A stretch of DNA of 64,000 bases from Rhizophagus irregularis (taxonomy: Eukaryota), in assembly GCF_026210795.1 (NCBI RefSeq), contig NC_089434.1:3162001-3226000 (forward strand), given 5' to 3'. Positions within the stretch are counted from its first letter, which is position 1. Every line of letters starts with the position of its first letter. The notes beneath the pieces were generated by a model. That model made no database searches. It was not told the DNA's origin and saw only the letters and a program-made list of their open reading frames with translations. The translations under genes were made by a program, and so were the position numbers. Shown here in pieces: positions 52,931 to 64,000 of the stretch.

Positions 52931-54331
52931 ATGTCACAATTGCCTGGAAATGAAAAATATTCAAATTGGACTAAAAAACAACTTATCGAAAAACTCTTAT
53001 TTTACGAATCAAACCTTGAAGAAAACACTTTAAATTCTACAAATTCCCAGATAATTCTAACAAAAAAGGTAGATAAAAAGAATAAAAAATCAACTTCTGC
53101 TAGGCCTTTTGACTGGTCAAAATATTCAATAAGAAGTATTGCTTTAAAAATCGCTTATTTGGGTTGGAATTATAGTGGTTTCGCCTCTCAGGGAAATGAA
53201 GATGATTTTCCTTCTATTGAAGGTCATTTGTTTAAATCTTTGTTAAATGCAAAATTAATAGCTGATCCATCGGATTGTAATTTTTCTAAATGTGGCAGGA
53301 CCGATAAAGGTGTTAGTGGATTGGGTCAAGTAGTTTCATTAGACGTCAGATCAAATCTTCCAAAAAATACCTCCTCTGACATAACTAATAATAAGAAAAT
53401 TGAAGAAGTGCCATATATTGATACTTTAAATAGGTTATTACCAGATGATATTAGAATATTAGCTTGGGCTCCTGTTGATAAAGATTTCAGTGCAAGATTT
53501 AATTGTAAATCTAGAAAATACAAATATTTTTTCGTTCGTGGAAATTTAGATATAGAGTTAATGCGTGAAGCGGCAAACCGATTTCTTGGAACTCATGATT
53601 TTCGTAATTTTTGTAAAGTTGATGGTTCTAAACAAATTACTAATTTTGAACGCACTATACTCGAAGCAAGAATTGATCCAGTGCAATACAAGCATCAGGA
53701 TAATCCTTTAGAATTCAGAGAATTTTATGTATTTAACTTGCGTGGAACAGCATTTTTGTGGCATCAAGTTAGATTTATGATGTCAATTCTTTTTTTAATA
53801 GGACAAAAGTTAGAATCTCCATCTATCATTGACAACCTTTTGGATATCACAAAAACGCCTGCTAAGCCTAATTATGAAATGGCTAGCGAGATTCCGTTGG
53901 TGTTATACGATTGTGAATTTGATAATCTTGAATGGCAATATGGACGTGATTCCGGCACTTCGTTCAATACTCTCTCAAGACTTTATAAACATGTTTATGG
54001 ACAGTGGTACATTCATACGACAAAATCTTTAGTTTATTCAACACTTCTTTACGATCTTGGCGAAATGTCTTTAAATCAAATAATGCAAAATGAAATGAAA
54101 GAACAAAATACGCAAAACAAGTCGTTAAAAGATTTTGTTTATTCCGATAATAATATAATAACTTCATCAACTAATGCATCAACTTCTATTATTCTTGGAG
54201 GCGGCAAAGAACATAGAATTCGCAATTATGTTAAGATTTCTAATAAGAAAACGTGTGATACAGCAGAAAGCAAGAATGAAAAGTATAAAGTAAAAAGAAT
54301 CAAATTAGATAACAATGAAATAGAAACATAA
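52931..54331 (+). CDS. DEG1: tRNA pseudouridine 38/39 synthase (Pus3/Deg1), intronless; frame open from 52865
   Basis: IALKIAYLGWNYSG, CGRTDKGVS, FSARF, HDFRNFCK, AFLWHQVR. Confidence 0.93.
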   Translation: MSQLPGNEKYSNWTKKQLIEKLLFYESNLEENTLNSTNSQIILTKKVDKKNKKSTSARPFDWSKYSIRSIALKIAYLGWNYSGFASQGNEDDFPSIEGHLFKSLLNAKLIADPSDCNFSKCGRTDKGVSGLGQVVSLDVRSNLPKNTSSDITNNKKIEEVPYIDTLNRLLPDDIRILAWAPVDKDFSARFNCKSRKYKYFFVRGNLDIELMREAANRFLGTHDFRNFCKVDGSKQITNFERTILEARIDPVQYKHQDNPLEFREFYVFNLRGTAFLWHQVRFMMSILFLIGQKLESPSIIDNLLDITKTPAKPNYEMASEIPLVLYDCEFDNLEWQYGRDSGTSFNTLSRLYKHVYGQWYIHTTKSLVYSTLLYDLGEMSLNQIMQNEMKEQNTQNKSLKDFVYSDNNIITSSTNASTSIILGGGKEHRIRNYVKISNKKTCDTAESKNEKYKVKRIKLDNNEIET

Positions 54332-54467
54332 AAATGTTTTACGGTACGTTAATCAATATAATACTTTTATTAAACTTTCATTGGAAATTAGAATCTCAGC
54401 TATTTATAAAGATAAATTTGGCTACCTATCCAAGAATAATTATATAAACCTACTAAGTATCCTCGGT

Positions 54468-57400
54468 TTAATGAGAAGTATATTGAAAAACATAAGAAAC
54501 AACTCCTTGATTAACTTCCAGCTTCAGAATCGAATCTTTAATCTTGAGAAGATCTGATCCTCCAGTAAAATGATCCCATCTTTTACGGGGAAAAAATTAG
54601 CATTAAACAGCGAAATTTTCGATGAATGTATATTATAATATGATAAAACTTACGAACTCGTGTCTCCATAGACCATTTTTTCACTGGGAAGCCTTGGAAG
54701 AACTTGAACTCCTTCAATACATCTTTTGCACTTAAAAGTACTATGAGTATCGCATATAGTGTCTGGATCAAATTGGAACAGACGTCTTAATGATTCAAGT
54801 GAAAAGTGTCTTTCTACACCTTCTTCCTCGTCAACAACACATGATGAGAGAGATTGCTTGTGTGATTGACGTTGAAAAATTTTTTCCTCAATCGTTCCAG
54901 TCGCAATAAATCGATATATAAAGCCTTTAATATTGATATTAAGGATTAAACCTCCAAAAAAAGGGCTATCTATAATACAATCATAGTACCATTATTTGTT
55001 AAACTTACATTGTTTCTTTTGTCCATCTCTCCAAATTCTTGCCAGTGCCTAAGCAACGAAGTAAACGATAACTATACGTCAGTAAAACAATACTCTAATA
55101 AATTAAAAGAAGTATAATTACCTGTTGATCTGAAGCTGGATTCCAGTCTAGTTGTGAATATAAGCATATTAATTTATCTGCCTAATTATTTAATTGTCAT
55201 TCTTTAAAGAAACAAAACGTACCAGGATCAAATAATACAAGACGATTTGCCCCAATTAAATTTATACCACATCCACCCGCTTTACTACTTAATAGAAAAA
55301 CAAATTCTGGGTTATTTGGATTATTAAACTGATTTACAAGTTCCTGACGTTTTTTTATCGACATAGAACCATCAAGCCGCAGACATTCATATCTTTAAAA
55401 GATTAAAGCAAATATTAGCGTTGATAATACGGAAATGATTGGCCAAAGACAAAGACACCATTACTTTTTCATCCGGCATAATTTTTCGAATAGATCCAGT
55501 GTTTGAGTATAGTTTGAAATCAGGACAATCTTATCGTTTGTCTCATTCTTAATTTTTGCCAACATTCTATGTGAAAAAGAGAAATATATACATGATATTA
55601 TTCAAAGTACGTTCGTTTCAAGCAATAAACGTTATAAAATTTACCTATCCAAAACCAACATTTTACCAGAAAATTCTGGTCTAACTATCCGAGCCTTTTC
55701 CTTTATTGAATATCCTTGTGGAAAACATTTTTCTGACCTTTTAAGATCCTTTGGAAGGTCTAGCAAATCGGGATGATTGCACAACTTTTTAAGGATAGTT
55801 ATAGCTGTAATTGAAGCCATTAGAATATGTATAAAACTAGCATCCTGTTATCTATTTGAAAGAACATACCCTTAAGAGGTTGTGAACCTATACCACGCAA
55901 GAGATGTTGAATTTCAGGAGATGTCATGAACAATTCGTACAAAGACAATTGGAATTCACTTAATCGGCAAAATACGACATGTTCGTATTTTATGGGCACT
56001 TGAAAATTTATCAAATGAAGTTAATTTATCACTTTAAAATAACTTGAACTATTTTTAAAATTGAGTAAATCACACACAATATTTTGATAAAATATCGTTG
56101 CTTCGTCTTATAATGAATTTGCTCACGACGCTCCATAATTCAGCTAATTTTTGATCACTAATAGATCGTTCATGCTCAGTTGCATCAGCATCTCTACCAC
56201 GAAGAATAGGGTTTTCATAATTTCTGCGAAATTCGTTGGGTGTACCAAGTAGTCCAGGATTGGCGAAATTTAAAAGTGAAAAATATTCTGAAAGGTCATT
56301 CTAAATAATAAACAGAAATTATTTTAGCGTAAATAAAATATATTTAATAATGTTCTTGTAATCACCTGAATTGGTGTCCCAGATAAAATTACTCTTCGTT
56401 GTACTTGAAGTGAATTTAAAGCTTGAAATGTTAACGAATCTATAAAATACAAAAATGATTCATATAATTGAATGACGTGTCAAATTATAAAGCAATCATT
56501 AAAGGATCATTTACTTGAATTTTTTAGTCGATGTCCTTCATCACATAAAAGTAGGCCGATTTTACTATCTTTTAATTCTGCAATGTTTGTACGTAATGTC
56601 TCATACGAAACAATCAAAACTTTTCGATGTAATTTTGAAATGGTAGAATAAAATGATATTACTATGTTATGTATTCTCAAACAAGGATCCAATAATTCCG
56701 ACATACCAGGATAAATAATTGTTCGACCCTGAGAAATAGCAAATTGCCTTAATTCTTTCAACACGTTTTCTTTACCCCCCTTGTTATCGATCACTAACGG
56801 TTTTATTCGTAAAGTACCAAGCCATTTAACTAATTAATTAACTCTTATGATTAATTTCTAAAAAACATTATTACGTTATACTAATAGGACAGTTGACAGT
56901 TGGCTTGCCTAGCTCATTAGCCCAATTTGTTACAAGGCTTGATGGACAAACAATGATACATTTTTCTATTGTTTTCTTGTTAAATTCAGGCGATTGTTTA
57001 AGTAGCGTCCACAGAAGTGTGATACACTGAAGCTATATTACATGAATTTTAAAATTATAATTCATTGATAATAATTTCTTTAAGGTTTGATCAAAATTCT
57101 TACAGTTTTCCCAAGACCCATTTCATCTGCCATAATACATCTGCAAAAAAAAAAAAAATATTAAAAAAAAAAGAAAATAATAACTTTAAATTCTCACGAT
57201 GTGTACCCGTAAACTCCTTCTACAGTTCTTCCAGTTGTACAGTTATAAAGAAACTTGTTGAATATTGAATTAACCAAAGATTATGAGAGTTCGCAACCAA
57301 ATAATTTTTTAACATTCATAACATCATTTTCATACAAACCATACCTTTACACCATCGATCTGATGAGGGCGAAGTTTTTGTCCCAAGATTGGATCTAAAC

Positions 57401-58057
57401 CGATTATCAAAATATGTATAATATTTGCTAGATAATAAAAATTTTTAAAACTTCAATGTATATCTTACCAACGATTACAGGAATTTTCATATTATCCGGG
57501 TTTTTAGTTCCCAAAATTTCTGCTACGGATTTATCCTTCCCTTTAATATTTTCTTGCAAGTTATCTAGATCATCCAAAGGATCATAAAGTATAATTGCAT
57601 TTTGTGCTTTAGGATCATGTGCGGGCTTTACAGCTGTAGGAAATTTATGCAGAGTTCCCACTTGTGATTTTCGTTGGCCATTCTCAAGTTGCCTGATAAA
57701 AGTAGGAATTTTAAAAGGACGCGAAAATTTCTTTAATGATTGGCTAAAAGAAAAGGTCGGCCTAACATAATTAAATTTATTGGAATTTTCAGGTGATACA
57801 TCGTTGGTATTCCTTTCTTTAAGTACTTTTAATTTCTTGTGAGGAAGTTTTTCATTGTTTGAATCTTCTACATTGGAAATATTTTTATCTTTATTCGAAA
57901 TATCAATTTTAGCGCGTTTTGCAGGATATGTAACTGAATATTTGACGCTCTTATAAGAAAGAGTTTCCTGAGAAGCTTGTTCTTTTTTATCGGCTACATT
58001 TGATCGAGGAAACTTAAAAGGGGTTTTAAAATCATTATTCTTAATACTTTTACGCAT
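54468..58057 (-). CDS. RAD54: DNA repair/recombination SNF2 translocase Rad54, multi-exon
   Basis: [78 protein letters not shown]. Confidence 0.93.
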
Positions 58058-58162
58058 TTGTAATTATTTTTGAAGATTATGATTTAAAGAGCTAAAAATG
58101 GTAATAGATGCAAGTAGTGCAACTGTGAAAGTAGTGAATTTATAAATTATTTTAAAAAAAAA

Positions 58163-58197
58163 ATCGCGTGTGACGTAATTCGCGAACTCACGTGACA
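58163..58197. promoter_or_regulatory. Cluster of CGCG (MCB/E2F-like), TGACGTAA and TCACGTGA motifs upstream of RAD54
   Basis: atcgcgtgtgacgtaattcgcgaactcacgtgac; similar ACGCG motifs lie upstream of SMC2 and PSF1. Confidence 0.55.
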
Positions 58198-58213
58198 TAT
58201 AATGCAGTAAGTA

Positions 58214-58399
58214 CAGTTCACCCTCGCTATAGTGAATTTTTATATAGTGAATAATTTGCTATAGTAAAGAAAAGCTCAGGTACGGATTTTCTATATAAAT
58301 AATAATTCTTAATACAGTTCACCTTCGCTATAGCGAATCCCTTACTATAGTGAATCTTAACCTTCAGCCCATGAGCTTCACTATAGCGAGGGTGAACTG
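58214..58399. mobile_element. Non-autonomous Tc1/mariner-pogo-type MITE (186 bp)
   Basis: Perfect 23-bp TIRs CAGTTCACCCTCGCTATAGTGAA / TTCACTATAGCGAGGGTGAACTG flanked by TA on both sides. Confidence 0.92.
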
Positions 58400-59654
58400 T
58401 AATTGAATTGGTTTAAAATACTTTATCTTACTGACAGTTTTAATTAATTCTTTTATTTATCTAATCTTTTAAAGAAATTTTACTATATAATAAATTATAT
58501 TTGATTAAAATATATAATTGTTCTTTTCTTTCAAATTAAGTAAATTACTAATTTTTAATTTTTATTATTATTAAAAGAGATTAAAAATCTATAGCTAGAT
58601 TTAATAAAGATTAAAGGTTCTTAGTTATTTTTATATTTTTTAGTTATTTAGGCAAAGTTTTTTACTTATTTTTTATATTATATTTAATCTATTTCTACTA
58701 AGTAAATAACAAATTATAATTCTACTAATTATGGAATAAATTATATAAAGAATTATTACTTTAACCTACAATAAATTAATTTTTTGTTTCATGTAAACTC
58801 TTCTTTTAATCAAGGATACTGAGTATAATGTTAAAAAAAAAAATCAATTCTTTAAATTATAATAAGATCATCTTTTTATTAGTTTAATATTTATATGTCT
58901 GAAAACTGTTTTTGCTGTTGGAAATATCTACAAAAATGTAAAAATATTAAATCTTAGTTGTTAAGAAAAAATTTTTCAAAAAAAATACTAAATTATTAAT
59001 ATTTACTTTATTAAGGTTCTGGATATTTTATTTTTATTATTTTTATTTCAAGTTTTGTGAGTTTATGCAAATCCACTATTATTTGATAGTGAATAGTTTA
59101 ACTGGAAATTGCAAAGCTGATAATGCTAATTTACTACCAGCATTATTAGTTATTTGCAATTGTCCACAACTAATCAAAAGATTGGAAGTTAAAAAAAAAG
59201 CAAGACACAATTCGAAGCTTATAATATGTACACAAGTAGAAATTTTCATCAAAATTAAATAATATTTTTTTTTTGTCTCTGTTCTACCCAGCCATTTACA
59301 TCAAATTAAATCTCTTTCGCTGGTTTTGCCATTACTAATTCAATTAAAGGAATGATACTATATGATTGACTAATAATAAATAATAATGATAAAATAATTA
59401 ATTATTTATACAGAAAATTCCGGTTTCCTTAATGTAATGACATCTTCTCCATCTTTGTACAAAGATATCATAGAAGGAATCGTGATAAAAAGAATTGTTC
59501 TTAAGTATAAATGTGAAAAGTTCTGTTTTTTCTTTCTCAAATTAAGAAGCCTTCGCCAAAGTGATGTGCAAAGGAATAATCATTGTGGTTATAATTATTC
59601 CTTATCGGAGTGCCCATTGTGTGGTGCAGGAAATAAGGTGAACGCTGTCCACTT

Positions 59655-62056
59655 TCATAACCATTTCTTCTTGGACTAATAATAAAAGGATTGATTTTCA
59701 ATCATAAAACTAAAATATGTAAATAATAACAATTTAAATTTTATTACCTTGTAGGATCCACCTAAATCGAAAAGAATGAGAAATATAACAAAGATACAAT
59801 TTTAATGAATTATTATATACGTGTACCCTATAAGTCAAAATAAAATGAAAATAATGAAATAATAACAATAATTTGTCAGAAAAGACGATAATCATTTACC
59901 TCACTTTCGTCTTCATAGATGAGATCTTTATCAATCCTAACGTACCAACTTGGTACCCAGCCACGCTCATCATTAATTTCACAATATAACCAATGATCTT
60001 GTTTTTTATATATACGAAGCGTATCATCTTTTTTTATATTGAGTTCTTCATAATCAATTAAAGCAACGCCTCGTCCAACATATGGACTATCATCATCCAT
60101 CATATCCCCTCCATTTACGCTTGTTTCAAGCAAGAAATTAGCTGGAACCCATCCAGTTTGACCATCCTTTTCGACAAAACACCAACCACCATCTTTGCTT
60201 CTAATTTTGAAAACATCTCCAACAATTACATTAAGTTCATCATCAAGTTCTGGAACGTATGGATAAATAGCAACTGCTGTGCCATTACCCTCCACCAGAT
60301 CCACAGAATAATCATTTGATGTTTGATATTCAGAGGATTGTTGATTTGAAGAAGGCATTGGATAATTTTCGTCAGGCGCTGGTGGCAATTCTTTGTTTAA
60401 AAATTGAGTTGTACGTCGTTTCGATTTATTTGCCTTCAATGAATTAATAATTTCCTCAGCTGTAGCAACAGGTGATTTAATCTCTTTAATATTTTTTAAC
60501 ATAAAAACTGGATTTTGATTCGCTTCCTTTAATTTTTGGAATAATAATAAAGGTTTTTCATCATAGCTCAAACAACGTTCTGTCGTGTGATCTGTGAAAA
60601 TATTGAAAGTATCGAGATTATGCTATCAATATATAAAACCTAAAGATTCATAAATTTATCTCAAGTCAATGAATTTACCTGGACTTCCGTAACAGATGAA
60701 TAATGCATATTGACGCCAATCATCTGTAATTTTATATTTTTTTAGAGCAGCCGGTAGGACTTTGTAACACGGATCTTCAAGTGACACTCGAAAACTTTTA
60801 TAAGATTCAGCTTCTCGATTAGCATTAGCATTTTGATTGTTACCAAAAAATTTTATGGAACCATTTTGCGTGTCATTGATTGTTACTTGAGGCGTGTTTG
60901 GTTTCTATATAACATAAAGATAAATAAAAAATATATTTATAAATTTTTAAATATAATATACATATATGTAAGAAACTAACTTACATCAAAATCATTATTG
61001 TGATAACGGTTACGATTTCCATCGCGTGGTGAGTGAGGAGAAGGTGGCGCACTTGAACCATCCGATGAATATGTCGGTGATTTCGAGTAGTTTGTTATAC
61101 TTATGCCAGGAACTGTAACGGACAGGTTTGCCTTTACGTTACCATACTTCATTTTATTAGGACTTCTTTCCGGCTCAGGTAATGGCTATTCGAATTTTAT
61201 GTATAAATTTTCGATGAAGTTTAAATAGGTATACTTCCGAGCCTTTTAACAAAAATTCTCCTAAAATTAATTTGAACCTTATTTTCTTTAGCCATTTTCC
61301 AAAAGTCATCTCGTAATCTTGATAAGTCAGTTGATAATTTTTGAATTTCTTTCGACAAATGTGAAATCAATGCATCTAGTTAAATTTAAAAATTTTAGTT
61401 AAATATGATATTAAATAACGAATCTCAAAAATAATTGTTATTTGTATTTATTTCAAAATACCTCTCTCTTGAATTGCGCTTTCAATTTTACGAAGGTCTG
61501 GAATTCCATTCGTAACGCTCATTGCCTGAAAAATGAATTGGTAAAAATTATCAAATTATTCAAGCTAAAATAAAAAACACAAATTAAGAGTTATACGTAC
61601 ACTTTCAAATTCTGCAGCTATTGTAAAGAGCCAAAAATAAAAAAATTAAATTTAAGCGATATAACAGAACGAATTTAATTTTTTAAAAAGATCACACTTA
61701 CAAGGAGGAATATATTCGCCAATCTCGACAGGTATATTATGCTGTATTTTCAGGTTATATATAGCCTTCAGTATGGAAACTCGGTGGCCGACCGAACGTA
61801 TACCAAGGTCTTTGAGTGCTTCATGGTCTAAATGAACCAAGATCTCCCCACTTATACCTTGTTCTGAGATGAAAGGTTGCAAAGGTTAACCGCTGAAAAA
61901 GCAATAACGACGAAACGGTTCGAGATTTCTGGTAAATTGGAGGATTTTCAAAGTACCTTTTAGTTGTGATTCATATGAGGAATAACCAAGAGAAGAAAGC
62001 CAGGCATGTACTTTATTCACATCCCAGGAGGTTACAGATTCCGTTGTTCGGTCCAT
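59655..62056 (-). CDS. STE50: MAPK adaptor Ste50/Ubc2-like (SAM-RA-SH3-SH3), multi-exon with terminal microexons
   Basis: SAM (WDVNKVHAWL, LKDLGIRSVGHR), RA (KSFRVSLEDPCYKVLPAALKKYKI, YDEKPLLLFQKL), two SH3 domains (GWVPANF, GWVPSWYV). Confidence 0.88.
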
Positions 62057-62633
62057 GGGGTAATTGGAGTAGACGGTTTTTATCAAGTATTCTTTGGTAG
62101 AACAAATTTTAATTTTGTTCTGAAAACATGTGTTCAAATTTAATAACAAAACTAGCCACCCACCGCACCACGGAAAAGGGTTGTGGTACGAGGTGATCAG
62201 CCATCACGAGGATCAATTTTCTTTTTTATGCCATAAAACTTTTCAACCCGGCCGGCGTTAAGAATTTATTGTCGGGATCTAGTTTATTACTAATTTTTTT
62301 TATATTTCTATGTATATTATTTTACATACACCCATTAATTATAATAGGCAAATAAACAGCCAAAAGTATATTCTATTAATACATGAATGATTAGAAGTAT
62401 TTTATTAATTTTGCTTTAGCACGCGAAAATTCGTAGCTTTGTAATACAAGAGTCATGTGATTGAAGATCGCACCATTTTATGAAGCTGTGATCAAATAGT
62501 TAATTTATTACATATAATTACAGAATATAAAGATAGATTTTCAAATCTATTTTAAAAAACAATTGCACCAGCAATTATTTTCATCATTATAATAATATGA
62601 AATGTAAGAAATAATTTAAGAATATTTTTTAGA

Positions 62634-64000
62634 TCATTCAATATTCAATCCTACTCTATTGATATATTCAAGTGCATCAGGAATTCGCCTATTTAAAACA
62701 AATAAAAATGTAAATAAAATTAAAATCCAAATTAACAATCGCTTTTAAAGTAAAAAAAAAATTCTTACTTAAAGAAATGATCACTCCCAACTCTATCCGT
62801 TATTCCAGCACGTATAAATAACTTCCTTTGATTTTCACGCAATTTTACAAAAAATACATTAACTCCACGTTGATGATATGCTACAATAATTTCCAAAAGA
62901 ATTTGCACAGCACTAAATAATTATAATTGATTGTGAATTTTTTTATTATTAAGTCAACGTAAATTCGTAATAAAAAAACTATATTAACTATATACATACC
63001 TAGCATCAATATCTTCCATTGTTTCTATATCAAATATTACATTCTCAATTGGAGACATCCGAGCTTCTTCAGAAGGATGAACACTCATATCACCGAATTC
63101 TTCCAGACGCCTTAACCGATCTTTAAGTTGACCAGTGTTGGCGAAGTACAAGGGTTCAGAAATTCTAACAACGAGCACTCCTTCAACATGTTCAGCTTGG
63201 TCAGGAAAATCTTTTATAGGTTTGAAACGGTTTGTATCACCTATCCTACCCTATAATTGCAAATACAATTGGTTTTTAATAAAAGGTAAGTAAAAAGAAA
63301 GAAACCCATTATTTAACTATAAGCACTTACTAATAATGTAATACGTGGATAAGTAGAATGTTTAACCACAAGTATTAACGATAAGGCAACTGAAATTAAT
63401 GTGCCATATTCAATAGAAATAAAAATAGTGGAGAAAAAGGTCAAAAAGAGTAAAGCAAAATCTTTCCATGCTTTAATCTTGTACATGAAATATAAATCAT
63501 GTGGAAGTTCTTCTAACAGGGATATAGCAGCAACTGTGACAATTGCTGCTAATACTGGTTTCGGCAGATAATAAAATGCACTAAGAAGGAAAAGTAAGCA
63601 TAAAAGTACAAGTGTAGCATTAATGAGCCCTGCTAATTGAGTCTTGGCACCAGCTCTATCATTAATACCACTCCTCGCCATACCACCATAAGCAGCGAAG
63701 CATTGGAAAAAACTTCCAACTAAATTTGCTGTACCCAAGGCAACTAGCTCACGGTTGGCACTAACAGCATAATTATGTTTTGTCGCATAAGTTTTTGTGA
63801 CTACAATAGATTCTACAAAACCGATAACAGATATCAAAGCAGCTGCTTCAAAACAATCCCTAAGATGAGAATGATTTGGAAAAGGGAGTTGGAAACTAGG
63901 GAATCCACCTCCTTTAATTGATCCAAGAATATCGACACCATCTTCATCCCAATTAAGAATATTACACAATATTGTAAATATAATAACACATATTAAAATT
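62634..64000 (-). CDS. SLC26/SulP anion (sulfate) transporter with STAS domain; 5' part lies outside the window
   Basis: NRELVALGTANL, GGMARS, GAKTQLAG, PLYFANTGQLKDRLRRLE, STAS IFDIETMEDIDA. Confidence 0.92.

Overview
Gene-dense, AT-rich eukaryotic DNA with many short GT-AG introns. The genes are fungal, and the style is most consistent with an early-diverging fungus such as a Glomeromycotina/Mucoromycota species (inference). About 22 protein genes are present: Sec2, a divergent Ctr9, SMC2, PGM, PRMT3, a membrane glycosyltransferase-like/alginate-lyase-like protein, a probable mitochondrial membrane protein, a mitochondrial DEAD-box helicase, HSF, a divergent Rpb9-like gene missed by the ORF track, a 3-RRM Gbp2/Hrb1-like protein, a Ppn2-like phosphoesterase, RPS3, Bos1, a 4-TM protein, a divergent Psf1, SDE2, Swp1, Cdc16, Pus3, Rad54, a Ste50/Ubc2 adaptor and a partial SLC26 transporter. 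Non-coding features are tRNA-Thr(AGT), a dual-guide C/D snoRNA in RPS3 intron 1, a Tc1/mariner-pogo-type MITE upstream of RAD54, and a decayed AT-rich block (about 38.4-44 kb) holding a pseudogene and MITE relics. Highlights are (i) strongly diverged versions of core machinery subunits (Rpb9, Ctr9, Psf1), (ii) the snoRNA with a possibly unreported 18S target, (iii) 7- and 14-nt microexons at the Ste50 C-terminus, and (iv) a GC-rich foldable element near 28.4 kb. All calls come from manual reading; no searches were run.
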